A DNA stretch of 64,000 nucleotides from a virus (IMGVR_UViG_3300003310_000099:170295-234294), one strand, 5' to 3'. Shown: positions 19,515 to 30,296, counted from the first letter of the stretch. Notes: generated by a model not told the origin, from the sequence alone. Made by a program: numbers and translations.

Positions 19515-19896
19515 ATATTATAAGATTAATAAACTACATAAGTTTAGGAGGATAATTTTGCAAAATTGTGAGGAACCTTTTCTGGATTTCAGACATTTGG
19601 AAGAAGAAGAATTGGATAGTCTCATACATATGGTAAGCGATATTTGTGAAGACTTGCTTAACAAGGATGTTAAAATTATAATAAAAGTTGGAGACTATGA
19701 GCTTATGTAACTCTTGCAAGTGTTATGTCGATGAGGATGATTATATTATTTGTGACTGCGGATTGATTTGGTGTTCTAATAATTGCGCTAGAAATGAAGG
19801 TTACAATCGTACCAAAAAGAAGTCTTCTTGCAGGGAATGTAGACAAAATAAAATTGATAAAATAGGCGACCATTTTTTATTTAACAAGAAACCTAA

Positions 19897-20859
19897 ATGA
19901 AAATACATGTTTTAGGGTGGTATGACACCCCAACAAGTACCACCCTAAAAGCAAATATAGGCGACGAGTCCTATAAACTCTCATTTCCAAAGCTATTTCC
20001 AGAACATGAATTCATTTTTTGTGACACCATAAAAAACATAGAGCCAGAAACAGTAATTCTCGGAGGTGGCGATGTTCTTTACCCATCTTTCATTAACCAA
20101 ATTAAAGCCAGTAAAGCCAGTAAAAAGTATGCATTTTCTGTTAACATAAAAAACGATGCCGATTATCTTCCCATCTTCGACCGAGTAATCTCCAGAAATA
20201 TTTATAAAGATGTAGAATACCGCCCAGACTTCGCATTTGCTTTAGAAGCCGACAAAGAACGTGGTAAAGCCATAATTAAAAACCTATTTGACCAACATAA
20301 ATGTGAATTATATGAAAATGTAGTAATTCTTGTGATGAACAATTATCTTGTGCCTAAAGAAAATTCTTTATCCAGGGATCATATTAACTTTGAAAAGGTT
20401 TGTTTAGACTTGGCAAGGATCATGGACAGCACTTCTGCTAGTTTTATTCTTCTCCCATTCGGCAATGGCTTCCCAACAAATGATAAAATAGCCAATGCCT
20501 CTGTATATTCTAAGTGTAAATATTGGTCGAAAAATCTACTGGTATTTGAATCTATTGGGGCACAAGACACTTTAGATGTTTTTGCGGGGGCTGATGCATC
20601 TATTAATACCCGACTGCATTCGAACATATTTAGTTGTATAGCGGGCACTCCTTTTATTGATTTGTGTCACCATACAAAGACTAAGTTGTTCATGAATTCC
20701 ATCAAAAAAGAAAATTGGTCTGTGGATTACTGGCATTTTAATTTTGAAAATGTTAAGATGCTACTTAATGATTTTCTTTCTAATAAAGACTCCCACAGGG
20801 AAGAAATATCTAAAATAAATGAAAACAACAAGAAGCTTCTCAGAGAATTAAATATATAA
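19897..20859 (+). CDS. Polysaccharide pyruvyl transferase family protein
   Basis: NIGDE, ILGGGD, PDFAF, TRLHS.IFS..AGTP....HTK. Confidence 0.85.
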   Translation: MKIHVLGWYDTPTSTTLKANIGDESYKLSFPKLFPEHEFIFCDTIKNIEPETVILGGGDVLYPSFINQIKASKASKKYAFSVNIKNDADYLPIFDRVISRNIYKDVEYRPDFAFALEADKERGKAIIKNLFDQHKCELYENVVILVMNNYLVPKENSLSRDHINFEKVCLDLARIMDSTSASFILLPFGNGFPTNDKIANASVYSKCKYWSKNLLVFESIGAQDTLDVFAGADASINTRLHSNIFSCIAGTPFIDLCHHTKTKLFMNSIKKENWSVDYWHFNFENVKMLLNDFLSNKDSHREEISKINENNKKLLRELNI

Positions 20860-20862
20860 GGT

Positions 20863-21474
20863 ATGCGATTCCATGACTGGTTAATTAATGAAGAAGTGCC
20901 TCAAGTAGTGTCCGCTAAAGGCACACCCGAAAACTTCTACTTGGTGTTCAATAATGGGCAGAAAAGCGGCAAAGTGGATCATATTGTAGCCACACCTGGC
21001 AGACCAGGAATTTACCAAATAAAAGATCAAAATGGTCAATATGCCGTTAATATGAATCCAAAGATGGGCAATAAATTAATTAGTATATTTTGGAAGAAAG
21101 CTACTCCATCAAAACCCGAAGAAATGTGGAAAGTTTTAGGTTGGCCTACACCTAAAATGCCACCTCCTCCACCTCACTGGACACCAGAAATGATGGAAAT
21201 GAACCATGACAATGCTGGTAAATATATATCTAATAGGCTTTTACAACAAGGCATGGATGCCAAGCAAGCTGGTTTAATAGGCAATAAGATATCTGAATTT
21301 ATATTCTACTACAGTCCTTATCCGCCAAGAGTAAAAAATCGTGTTTTAATGAAATTGGGCGATCAGTACCCAGATGCTAACACTATGGAATTAGTTAAAA
21401 TAGCAAATGTTAATGCCCAAAAAGCAGAACCATATTACAAAATGCTAAAAGCGAAAGGTTACATTGGCACATAG
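20863..21474 (+). CDS. Hypothetical protein, possible internal head protein
   Basis: N-terminal MRFHDWLINEE motif shared with 44627 and 46771; TAAATATA upstream. Confidence 0.55.
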   Translation: MRFHDWLINEEVPQVVSAKGTPENFYLVFNNGQKSGKVDHIVATPGRPGIYQIKDQNGQYAVNMNPKMGNKLISIFWKKATPSKPEEMWKVLGWPTPKMPPPPPHWTPEMMEMNHDNAGKYISNRLLQQGMDAKQAGLIGNKISEFIFYYSPYPPRVKNRVLMKLGDQYPDANTMELVKIANVNAQKAEPYYKMLKAKGYIGT

Positions 21475-22012
21475 AGAACAGGTAGACTTTTGCAATAGTG
21501 TAAAAGAAGAGTTTCCACAATACTTCATCAACAAGAAGGTTCTTGATATTGGGTCGTATGATGTAAACGGCAATAACCAATATCTATTCGACCAATGTTT
21601 TTATTTAGGTTGTGACGTAGCCCCAGGCAAAAACGTGCATATTGTATGCAAAGGACACGAATTACCTTTCGCAGATGACATATTCGATGTTATCTTAAGC
21701 ACTGAATGCTTTGAACATGACATGTATTACGAGGCGACAGTAAAGAATATCATAAGAATGCTTAAGCCTGGTGGTTTGTTTTTCTTTACTTGTGCCGCTC
21801 CAGGTCGAGCAGAGCATGGAACAATAACTCATGGTAGAGGAGATTGCCCATTAACTTCTCTGATAAGTGAAGAATGGGGAAACTACTATAAAAATCTTAC
21901 TGAGGAAGATTTTAAGAAAATACCTGGATTTAATACTGCTTTCAGTCAAATGGAATTTTTTACAGGTGAGCCAATTGCTCACGATCTTTATTTCTACGGA
22001 ATAAAAGCGTAG
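21464..22012 (+). CDS. Class I SAM methyltransferase (type 11)
   Basis: VLDIGS.DVNG, FDVILSTECFEH, RMLKPGG. Confidence 0.9.
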   Translation: MAHREQVDFCNSVKEEFPQYFINKKVLDIGSYDVNGNNQYLFDQCFYLGCDVAPGKNVHIVCKGHELPFADDIFDVILSTECFEHDMYYEATVKNIIRMLKPGGLFFFTCAAPGRAEHGTITHGRGDCPLTSLISEEWGNYYKNLTEEDFKKIPGFNTAFSQMEFFTGEPIAHDLYFYGIKA

Positions 22013-22013
22013 C

Positions 22014-22041
22014 TTTACAAACATCAAATTCGTGGTATACT
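22014..22041 (+). promoter_or_regulatory. Sigma70-type promoter, probably leaderless transcript
   Basis: TTTACA-N16-TATACT with TGG extension; ATG at 22045/22048 with no RBS. Confidence 0.7.
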
Positions 22042-22246
22042 CACATGATGGAAATTAAAACGGATTTCGATTTCAACTTCTGGACTGCGGGCGTCTGGAT
22101 AGAACGAGAATACTTCCATGCGTCAGGCACCACCAAAGAAGAAGCAATAAAGTCATTACTCAAACATCTTGAAGGCATTGTGCCGATTTACGAACACGAA
22201 ATCGAGCATAGACAGAACCTAATCAGCAAAATCAAGGAACTCACCA

Positions 22247-22972
22247 ATGGCTGAAAACACTGGAATTTCTTGGACGGACCACACTTTTAATATAATTTGG
22301 GGCTGTCAAAAGGTTTCTCCAGGTTGTCAATTTTGCTATGCTGATACCCTATCCAATAGATTCGGTTTAGATGTTTGGGGTCCAGATAAACCCCGTAGAA
22401 CATTTGGTGAAAAACATTGGAATGATCCAATAAGATGGAACCGTAAAGCCACCAAGAAAGAATTGGTATTCTGTTCCAGCATGTGTGATATCTTTGAAGA
22501 CCATCCTACAGTCATTGAAGAATTGAAGAAATTGTGGCCTTTAATCAAAGCTACTCCAAAACTTGAATGGCAGTTATTAACCAAAAGGTCCGAAAGGATC
22601 AAAGAATCATTACCAGCTGATTGGGGGGAAGGCTATCCTAATGCGTGGTTAGGTGTCTCTGTTGAGAACAAAGACTATGAATATAGAGCCGACCATCTAA
22701 GAGAAGTTCCTTGTAAGTTAAGGTTTATCTCCTATGAGCCAGCTTTAGGGCCATTGGACAACTTTAATTTAAAAGGTATTTCCTGGGTCATCTACGGTGG
22801 CGAAAGTGGCGATCATTTCAGAAAAGATGATCCACAATGGGCAAGGAACATGCTAGAACTTTGCCGAAGGGATAAAGTTGCATTCTTCTATAAACAAGCT
22901 TCTAGTAAATTACCTGGAACCAATCCTCAGTTGGATGGGATTGAATATAAGGAATTTCCTCAATATGAATGA
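22247..22972 (+). CDS. Phage Gp37/Gp68 (DUF5131) family protein
   Basis: T.ISWTDHTFN..WGC.KVSPGC.FCYA, VFCSSMCDIF, LLTKR, N.WLGVSVE, RFISYEP.LG, WVIYGGESG, FFYKQ. Confidence 0.92.
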   Translation: MAENTGISWTDHTFNIIWGCQKVSPGCQFCYADTLSNRFGLDVWGPDKPRRTFGEKHWNDPIRWNRKATKKELVFCSSMCDIFEDHPTVIEELKKLWPLIKATPKLEWQLLTKRSERIKESLPADWGEGYPNAWLGVSVENKDYEYRADHLREVPCKLRFISYEPALGPLDNFNLKGISWVIYGGESGDHFRKDDPQWARNMLELCRRDKVAFFYKQASSKLPGTNPQLDGIEYKEFPQYE

Positions 22973-23439
22973 TAAATGCCTGCTTTGTGATAAGGAATCC
23001 CAAATACAGTCCTATTACTGCATGGAATGTGGTAAGGTTTGCCGTCAAAATAATTGCGGCAAGCCTGCTGCATGGGGTAGTTGTGGGCAATGCCAGGAAC
23101 ATCACAAGGAAGAATGTGATGAAATGGACGCCATAATGAGTTATGTGGACACGGCGTTTTGCGATGGCAGATTTGATGAAGTTAATGAAAAACTCAAAAC
23201 CCTTGATGTAAGCGAAATGCGTTCTGTGATAGTGATTTGCTGGCTCACTTGCAGCAAGTGGGCCGAAGAAAAACTACCTTATAGGGCTGAGTTTTTTAAG
23301 AAATGCTATGCTAGATTGGTAGAAATCCGTGGTGTTGAAATTGCTAATAAATTAACTCGTTTTCGTGGCGTGGATAAAGATGTTCAAGAAATGATTAAGG
23401 GTTTGGAATAAATTTGATTAGAATAGTATATATTATGTT

Positions 23440-23808
23440 ATGAATCCAATACAACATGTATATGTAGTCAATCCTTGGTGCTGTGGTGGAGGTGGTGGGT
23501 TTGCAGCAACAGGTGATGTTATTGCCCCTCTTAATCATGGTGCAATCACTGATAGGTCTGGTACAATTACCAATGCTGGGGCATCACAAGTTCTAGCTGC
23601 TGCTAATCCCAATAGAAGCTATTTTTTCATTCAAAACATTTCAGCAGACACTTTATGGATTAATTTTGGTGTAGACGCTGTTCAAGATTCTCCATCCATT
23701 AAGTTGGAAACCAACGAAAAGTTTGTGATGGACAAATTTAACAGTACAGACAGTATAACCATTATTGGCCCTAATGTTGGCGATAAATTTGTAGCCAAAG
23801 AAGGCTAA
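23440..23808 (+). CDS. Probable small virion structural protein
   Basis: Beta-rich SGTIT..G.SQ.L.AAN..R....IQN.S...LWINFG; AT-rich late-type element upstream. Confidence 0.55.
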   Translation: MNPIQHVYVVNPWCCGGGGGFAATGDVIAPLNHGAITDRSGTITNAGASQVLAAANPNRSYFFIQNISADTLWINFGVDAVQDSPSIKLETNEKFVMDKFNSTDSITIIGPNVGDKFVAKEG

Positions 23809-23809
23809 C

Positions 23810-23837
23810 TTGACAATTCGTCTCTCTGTGGTATAAT
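23810..23837 (+). promoter_or_regulatory. Consensus sigma70 promoter, leaderless transcript
   Basis: TTGACA-N16-TATAAT with TG extension; ATG 23845 lies 7 nt downstream. Confidence 0.85.
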
Positions 23838-24394
23838 TACGTCCATGAACAGAATCATCGTACTTGGCGACACACCAGAAGTTCCAAAGGAACATTGGCT
23901 TGGCAATGTCAATTGGTCTGTTTCGTGCATTAATTACTGCTGGCCAACCGAAGAAGACTCTGACCTTAAAGCACTTGACGCTTTAAGAGAAGAAATAAAG
24001 GACAAAATAGCTAAAGCTAAAAATACAGTAGAAAAGATGGAAAAGGACTTGCAGCAAGTTGATACCATTTATGAAGAATGGTTAAATTCTGAGTCTCGCA
24101 GAGCCTTTATAAAGCAACGTGCAGAGCATTTACAAACAGAGTGGGCTAAGTGTGATGGAAATCAGAAAGAAAATTGTAGCTGACCATGTGGGTGGCGTCA
24201 TTTCTGACGATGGCCACATTCAGGAAGTACGTCCTGGCTGGACCTGGATTGTAGAGCCAGAAGGCTATGCCGAATGCGTCAATGTTAAAGACTTAATAGG
24301 GAAGACCCTTAAAATCATTTCAGTGGATGAAACGGAAGTTGTGATGGAGGTTTTGTGATGCGCCTATAAACGCGCATATATACACGAAAGTTTT

Positions 24395-25117
24395 GTGATG
24401 AACATTTTAGACATACTTCCTGACTTTCCAAGAATCTTCCACCTTCCGCATAATCCCAATGCGCAAAGATCAGACCTCATTGCATCACAAGACGATGTAA
24501 AGATTATTTTCGAGAACGATAATACTATCGTGGAAGAGAAGATCGACGCTGCTAATAGCGGTATAGTTTTCTACGAAAATAATCCTGTGATACGCAATCG
24601 CAATAACATCTTAAACAAGGGCAAGACTGGCCACCTTCGCGGTCCTGCCAAAATGCAGTTCGCCTCCATTTATAACTGGTGCTATCAGAACCGTGATAAG
24701 TTTGAAACCTTAAACAACAACCTTGGTTTTGAAGTAAGTGTTTACGGTGAATGGCTTTACGCTTTGCACGGCATTAAGTACGACAAATTACCTTCTTATT
24801 TCATCCCTTATGAATTGTATGATTGGGAGAATAGGAAGTTTATTTCTACTAAGATCACAAGGGCAGCTTTGCAGGAAGCTGGGTTTGAGGTTACGCCATT
24901 GCTGCATGAAGGTCGGCTTCCGAATTGGGAGATTTTTGATAAGTTTTGTGCAGAGAACAGTCCTTTCTCGACAACGGATTTAAGGGAAGGGGTGGTTGTG
25001 AAGGTATCGGATGATAAATACTTAACGCACAGATTCAAGATGGTGCGTAGGGGTTTCATTCAGGGTTGTCACTGGAATGAGCGAGCATTAACAAGGAATA
25101 AGCTTTGTGATGAATAA
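24395..25117 (+). CDS. RNA ligase family nucleotidyltransferase
   Basis: EEKIDAAN (motif I), YGEW, YEL, REGVVVK, FKMV. Confidence 0.85.
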   Translation: MMNILDILPDFPRIFHLPHNPNAQRSDLIASQDDVKIIFENDNTIVEEKIDAANSGIVFYENNPVIRNRNNILNKGKTGHLRGPAKMQFASIYNWCYQNRDKFETLNNNLGFEVSVYGEWLYALHGIKYDKLPSYFIPYELYDWENRKFISTKITRAALQEAGFEVTPLLHEGRLPNWEIFDKFCAENSPFSTTDLREGVVVKVSDDKYLTHRFKMVRRGFIQGCHWNERALTRNKLCDE

Positions 25118-25370
25118 AATTACTAAATTAATTGAAGCAGGCAAAATCCGTCTTGGGATGACTAAGGCGGATTTGCGTGTTTTATTAGGTCCACCAGACT
25201 GCTGGGGTGGTGTAACTCGTAAATACAAAGAGCCTTGTATCTGGAAATACGATGGTGTGGAATTTTATTGGCTTACTAAGAAATATAGAATTCCATATCC
25301 AGGGCCAGAACTTGTCGGGGTATGTTGTGACACCGAAAGACACGATGGCGAACATAGAAAGCTATTATGA
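25107..25370 (+). CDS. SmpA/BamE-like small domain protein
   Basis: IRLGMTK..L..LLGPPD.....W.Y motif. Confidence 0.5.
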   Translation: MMNKITKLIEAGKIRLGMTKADLRVLLGPPDCWGGVTRKYKEPCIWKYDGVEFYWLTKKYRIPYPGPELVGVCCDTERHDGEHRKLL

Positions 25371-26111
25371 AGACAATTAAATTATTGGTCGAATGGATAT
25401 CAAACGCGCAAATACTAGCGTGGCAATTTGTGATAGTATTTTTAGTGTCTACTTTTCCTTTAATGTTTCTATTGTCTTACACAATAAGAGTTAATCAGAA
25501 TCTTAGATGGCGGTTGGACTGTGAGGAGGCACGGCGACGTTCAAACGAAAAGTTCCACGCTGAAAATATTGGTGAATTGCGTTGTAATTTGCGTGATGCA
25601 CACTTAACACTGCTCAAGCTTGGGCGAAATCACGTTATGACTGATGACTTTGCTATAAAAAGCAGTCAAAATAATTTCCCTTTAGTGGCACAACATTGCA
25701 TACAGTGCCATCCTAATAGTTGGCCAGAAGAAGATAAATATCGAAAAGGAGAATAGCATGGGAGTAGTTAAACTTGGATCAAGTGACAGTTATGATAAGA
25801 AGCCTACACCTTATCCAGATACAACCACGCCATTGCCAAATCCAAATCCTGAAAATTACGAAATCCTGAAAAGTTTTCAGATGGGGACGTACTTGATTGT
25901 GGAGCTTCGTTATCCCGATTGCACGAATTATGAAGGCAAGAAAATAATGGTCTATGAGAGGATGAATATTAAACAATTGTTATCGCAGGGTAAAATCGAC
26001 CCGCATTTCTCGAACCATCCTCACTTTAGATCACCTGTGGCGCGCTTCGAGCCGTCGATGAAAGGGTGGGACATGGCCAAGGTATTTTGTGCGGCGATGG
26101 TTGGACAGAAG

Positions 26112-26130
26112 ATAGCTTAGCTGTACCGAG
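26112..26130 (+). repeat. Dispersed 19-nt motif, copy 2
   Basis: ATAGCTTAGCTGTACCGAG; supplies the stop of ORF 25758..26120. Confidence 0.9.
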
Positions 26131-26144
26131 TGGGTTGCGGCGAC

Positions 26145-26172
26145 TTGACAAACCCATTTTCCGTGGTATATT
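26145..26172 (+). promoter_or_regulatory. Sigma70-type promoter, leaderless
   Basis: TTGACA-N16-TATATT with TGG; ATG 26178 lies 5 nt downstream. Confidence 0.75.
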
Positions 26173-26177
26173 AAGCT

Positions 26178-26495
26178 ATGTCTACTTACTCTGGCTCTTT
26201 CGACAACAAGAACTGGTATCAGACCTTCAAAGACGGACAGCCGTTCAGTGCTGAACGTTCGTTGAAGGTCCGCAACCATTCCCCTGATGGTTTTGCTTGG
26301 TCCTATGGAGGTAGCGGGCCGAGTCAACTCGCATTGGGTATTCTGTTGGAAGAAACAGATCAGGCAACTGCTGAACGTTTGTACATGGACTTCAAATGGG
26401 CAGTCATTTCTAATTTGCCTGACAAAAACTGGTCACTAACTTCGGAAGAAATCCAAAATTGGCTGAACCAGAAAGGGCGAGCCGTGTCTGAATAG
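26178..26495 (+). CDS. DUF6166-like protein
   Basis: RNHSPDGFAWSYGGSGPSQLALGIL...A..LY.DFK..VI..LP...W; flanked by two motif copies. Confidence 0.8.
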   Translation: MSTYSGSFDNKNWYQTFKDGQPFSAERSLKVRNHSPDGFAWSYGGSGPSQLALGILLEETDQATAERLYMDFKWAVISNLPDKNWSLTSEEIQNWLNQKGRAVSE

Positions 26496-26510
26496 CTTAG
26501 CTGTACCAAG
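26492..26510 (+). repeat. Dispersed 19-nt motif, copy 3
   Basis: ATAGCTTAGCTGTACCAAG; supplies the stop of the DUF6166 gene. Confidence 0.9.
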
Positions 26511-26546
26511 TAAATCGCTACGATCAAAACTAGGAGGGCTAATCAA

Positions 26547-27560
26547 ATGCACGGCATTCGTCACATTACATTGAAGAAGTCCGAGATGCAGGAATTGCAA
26601 GCTATCATGGCCAAGGGCAACACGCTGCTCAAGGAATGTGCTGCCATGATGGATATGACCAGTGGTGAGTTTCGCGGCAAGTTGTTCAACAAGCGTCTTG
26701 ATACGAGCAAGCTTTCTGCTGAACAGCTTCAGAAGCTGAACGACGCTATTCCGTTTATCATGGAAGTTCGCAACAAGTGCGAAACCAAGATTCTAAACGG
26801 TTTTGCGCGTGCAGTTTACAAACAGGCTAGGGCTGCTGCGTCCAATTCCAGTGATCCCAAGAATTCTTTGCTTGAATTCGAGCAAGAGGCTACCCTTGGT
26901 GTTTTGGAGTGTATCTACGGGTACACCGACACCAGTTTCCAGTTCACTACTTATGTGTGGCGAGCAATGCGCCGCAACATCAATAAGAACATCAATCGGC
27001 TGAATCCGTTCTGTCCTTTGACGAATGAAGCCTTGGGGTTGTCGCAAGATTTTGATAAGGCCAAGACCGAATTGAGCCTCAAGATGAATCGTTTCGTCAA
27101 CACTGAGGAAGTCATTACGGTTATGGGCCTTACGGAAGAACAGAAGGAGATTCTGTTAGCCGCCAATAACAAGGTGATTAACGAGGTTAAGGCTGCTCCA
27201 GGTGCTGAGGTTGATTGCAATGATTACACGTCTCAGCGACGTGGCATCGACAGTGACCTTGAAGAAGTCAACGTCATTCGCAAGGATGTGCGGCAATCAC
27301 TCAAGGATGCTGAATTGAGTGATATTGAGTTGCATCTTCTCCTGGGGGAAATGTTCCCTTACACTGGTTGGAAGGAAGACATTGCCTCCAAGTTCATCAA
27401 TCCACGGACTGGCAAGCGTTATACCAGAGAAGTCACTGGTATCATTGAACGTGCCAAGGATAAGGTTAAGAGGGCAATGAAGTCGCCGCCTTCCTCACCA
27501 AAGGTCAACCCGATGGTGGATCAGATTTTCGATGAAATGAGCGGTAAGCTCGCAAACTAA
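26547..27560 (+). CDS. Sigma70-family RNA polymerase sigma factor-like protein
   Basis: Region 2-like EQEATLGVLECIYGY...FQFTTYVWRAMRRNI; C-terminal region 4-like L..AELSDIE...TRE..GIIERAK.K; AGGAGG RBS. Confidence 0.7.
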   Translation: MHGIRHITLKKSEMQELQAIMAKGNTLLKECAAMMDMTSGEFRGKLFNKRLDTSKLSAEQLQKLNDAIPFIMEVRNKCETKILNGFARAVYKQARAAASNSSDPKNSLLEFEQEATLGVLECIYGYTDTSFQFTTYVWRAMRRNINKNINRLNPFCPLTNEALGLSQDFDKAKTELSLKMNRFVNTEEVITVMGLTEEQKEILLAANNKVINEVKAAPGAEVDCNDYTSQRRGIDSDLEEVNVIRKDVRQSLKDAELSDIELHLLLGEMFPYTGWKEDIASKFINPRTGKRYTREVTGIIERAKDKVKRAMKSPPSSPKVNPMVDQIFDEMSGKLAN

Positions 27561-28217
27561 AAGGAGGTTTTTAAGTGGACAATACCAAAGATTTCTATAC
27601 TACCAAACTGGTATTAGAGGTTGAAATCAGTACCCAAATGGGGCCAGATGCTGCTTTCAACATCATTTACTGCAATTTGAATCCAATGCCAGCAGTGAAG
27701 AGTTTGAAGGTGTTGAAGGCAGAATCTAATTTCAAGGTTCATGAATTGCCTTCCAAGGAATTCATCAGTGTTCCCGTACCAGCATGGGTGAAGAAATGAG
27801 TTTAAGATTAAATATCGACTCTGATGATGTTGTCGCTTCATGCCATGACGGTAATGTATACCTTAATGGCATGAAGATCGGTCAAGAAGATTTCTGTGAA
27901 CTTGTCATGTATTTTATGAAGAATACAGATGTTGAAATCAACGATCATCGCTATGAACTCAAAGCAAGGATTGAGGCATTGACTCTTGTGGAAGGTTTCA
28001 ATGGTCCTCGTACTAGGAGATTTGAGTAATGGATAACAAAATCTATGTTAATGGCCGTCACATGGGTCCAAAACCTTTGCGACGTGAGAATATCGTTTCA
28101 AGCGTTAGCTTTGAGCCAGGTGTTGGTTCAACTATCCGCCTTGACGATAAGGAAAATCTGGAATGGTGGATGGAAATTCACCTAACCAAATTGCAACTAG
28201 AAAAAATGCTCAAGGAG

Positions 28218-28236
28218 ATAGCTTAGCTGTACCGAG
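28218..28236 (+). repeat. Dispersed 19-nt motif, copy 4
   Basis: ATAGCTTAGCTGTACCGAG; supplies the stop of ORF 28029..28226; followed by a GGATGTT/AACATCC hairpin. Confidence 0.9.
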
Positions 28237-28267
28237 GATGTTAGCCAACATCCGAAAGGTGCCAATT

Positions 28268-29344
28268 ATGTACGATACCCAATACGAAAAGCTGTTCTTC
28301 CCTATCGACGGGAATCCTCCTTCTGCCGAAGATCGTCGTGCTTATCTTGATCCAACGAACCCAAATTCGCCCTATTTTGGGTTCGTTGGCAATAAGCGTG
28401 CAGTCGATAAGCTAATTCGTATCGACTTTGATGCTCTTGGTCGCTACAACCACTGCTGCAATGACCTGTCAGTTGCTTTCATCGGGCAAGCTGGTTGCGG
28501 TAAGACTGAACTGGCACGGCGTCATGCTAAGGCAAACAAGCTGCCTTACATCGAACTTTCTCCTAAGTCCATCAATACCTGTCACGATATCTTGAAGGCT
28601 ATTGGTCGGGCTTGTGAGGAACATAACATCCCGTTGGTCGATCTTGTCCGTGAAAACAACTTCTGGATTCCGCCCATTAATGTTTTCATTGACGAAGTTC
28701 ATGCTCTGGCACCGCCCATTGTCCAGGGTTTGCTCAAGGCCACCGAACACAATGACGCAATGCTTGTAACCGAAAAAGGTTACACTGCGGATTGCAAGCG
28801 TGTTCACTGGATGATCGCCACTACGGATCGTGGCAAGCTGTTCGATGCTTTCGACACTCGATTCTCGAAAGTGATTATCAACCTTTACACCAAGGAAGAA
28901 GTTGCACAAATTGTGCAGTTTAACAACCCTGATTGGGATTTCGATGTTTGTCGTCTGGTTGCTCATTACTGTGGAAGGATTCCGCGTGAAGCCTTGGCTT
29001 TCGCCAGGGAAATGCAGCTAGAACACAACATGAACCCTCATCTTTCTTGGCGAGAAGTTGGTCGTCGTGTTGCCAATGACAATGAGATTGATGAATTTGG
29101 CATGACTTACAAGAGGCTTGCTATCCTCAAAGCACTTGGGCAAGGTCCAATTGCCGAGAAACGTATGCCGCTTGTGGCTGGTGTTAAGGCAGAAGAACTG
29201 AATAAGTTCATCATGCCGTGGCTGCTTGCAGAAACGATGGATCAGGCAGCTTTGATTGGCGTTGGCAATAAGGGATATTGCCTGACGGATGCTGGTATCG
29301 AAGAGTTGAAGATCAGGGGTATTCCTTACAAGGAAGCAGCATGA
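28268..29344 (+). CDS. RuvB-like AAA+ ATPase
   Basis: Walker A GQAGCGKT, Walker B FIDEVH, ATTDRGKL..AF.TRF, GRIPREA, C-terminal winged-helix-like region. Confidence 0.8.
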   Translation: MYDTQYEKLFFPIDGNPPSAEDRRAYLDPTNPNSPYFGFVGNKRAVDKLIRIDFDALGRYNHCCNDLSVAFIGQAGCGKTELARRHAKANKLPYIELSPKSINTCHDILKAIGRACEEHNIPLVDLVRENNFWIPPINVFIDEVHALAPPIVQGLLKATEHNDAMLVTEKGYTADCKRVHWMIATTDRGKLFDAFDTRFSKVIINLYTKEEVAQIVQFNNPDWDFDVCRLVAHYCGRIPREALAFAREMQLEHNMNPHLSWREVGRRVANDNEIDEFGMTYKRLAILKALGQGPIAEKRMPLVAGVKAEELNKFIMPWLLAETMDQAALIGVGNKGYCLTDAGIEELKIRGIPYKEAA

Positions 29345-29348
29345 CCCA

Positions 29349-29407
29349 TACATAATGTAGGTTATTTTGTGAAAATAACCTACATTATGTAACTATATAA
29401 GGGCATG
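29349..29407 (+). promoter_or_regulatory. 20-bp perfect hairpin plus ACTATATA element before an HNH gene
   Basis: TACATAATGTAGGTTATTTT-GTG-AAAATAACCTACATTATGTA, then ACTATATA-AGGGC-ATG. Confidence 0.7.
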
Positions 29408-29998
29408 AATAAATATTCCAAGACTCCTAAGCATGATTTAACTGGCAAAAGATTTAATTATTTGGTTGTTGATAAAATGGCTGTAACTAGTAAGTCAACG
29501 GATAAATCATGGAGAGCCATATGCAGATGCGATTGTGGTAGAATTGCCGACGTTAATACAAATTATTTGATGAGAGGATTACGCAAAACATGTGGCAACA
29601 AAGAGTGCCAATATCATCGACAAGATTATAATAATGCAGGGAAAAATAATGTATGCTTCGCTGGGTATGAAGGTATACATGGCTCAAAATGGTCTGGCAT
29701 TAGAGCGGCTGCAAAAAGAAGAGGACTAGCTTTTGAAGTCACTATAAAAGAAGCATGGGAATTATTTGAAAGGCAAAATAGAAAATGCGCATTAACTGAT
29801 TTGGATATTGGTTTTGGTAAAACTTATACTGAAGGCAATACTGCCTCGTTGGATCGGATTGATAGCAGTAAAGGTTATATTTTGGGAAACATACAATGGG
29901 TCCACAAAGATGTAAATAAAATGAAAATGGATATATCAATGCCAAGGTTTTTAGAATTATGCAGATTGGTGGTGACAAATGAACAAAAAACAAATTAG
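29405..29998 (+). CDS. HNH-like homing endonuclease
   Basis: DLTGKRFNYL.V, CRCDCG, KCALT, ASLDRIDSSKGY..GNIQWVHKDVN.MK. Confidence 0.85.
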   Translation: MNKYSKTPKHDLTGKRFNYLVVDKMAVTSKSTDKSWRAICRCDCGRIADVNTNYLMRGLRKTCGNKECQYHRQDYNNAGKNNVCFAGYEGIHGSKWSGIRAAAKRRGLAFEVTIKEAWELFERQNRKCALTDLDIGFGKTYTEGNTASLDRIDSSKGYILGNIQWVHKDVNKMKMDISMPRFLELCRLVVTNEQKTN

Positions 29999-30296
29999 GA
30001 ACAATTTCGTTCAAGCAGTGTTTGAACGAGATGGGCACAAATGCGTTATGTGTGGTCGAAAACATACACTTAATGCGCATCATATTATTGATAGACACGA
30101 AATTATAAATGGAGGATACGTCAAGGAAAACGGCATAACCCTCTGCGCAGGCGAAGACAAGGATAATTGTCACTGGAAAGCTGAACAATATCATGCAACT
30201 GGCATCGCTTACCCTGGCTATAGTCCAGAAGAATTATTTAAAAGGATTGGTTCAAGTTTAGAGTTGGCAACGGAGGCTTCTCATGTGCTATGTTAA
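29979..30296 (+). CDS. Small HNH endonuclease
   Basis: VFERDGHKCVMCG...LNAHHI...NGITLC...CH. Confidence 0.85.
   Translation: MNKKQIRNNFVQAVFERDGHKCVMCGRKHTLNAHHIIDRHEIINGGYVKENGITLCAGEDKDNCHWKAEQYHATGIAYPGYSPEELFKRIGSSLELATEASHVLC

Noticed and set aside
28163-28267. Shared 'SLAVP' peptide in ORF-track proteins at 9814, 26066 and 28163
   Set aside because: It is an artefact of translating through the DNA motif. Better RBS-supported starts lie downstream (9898, 28268).
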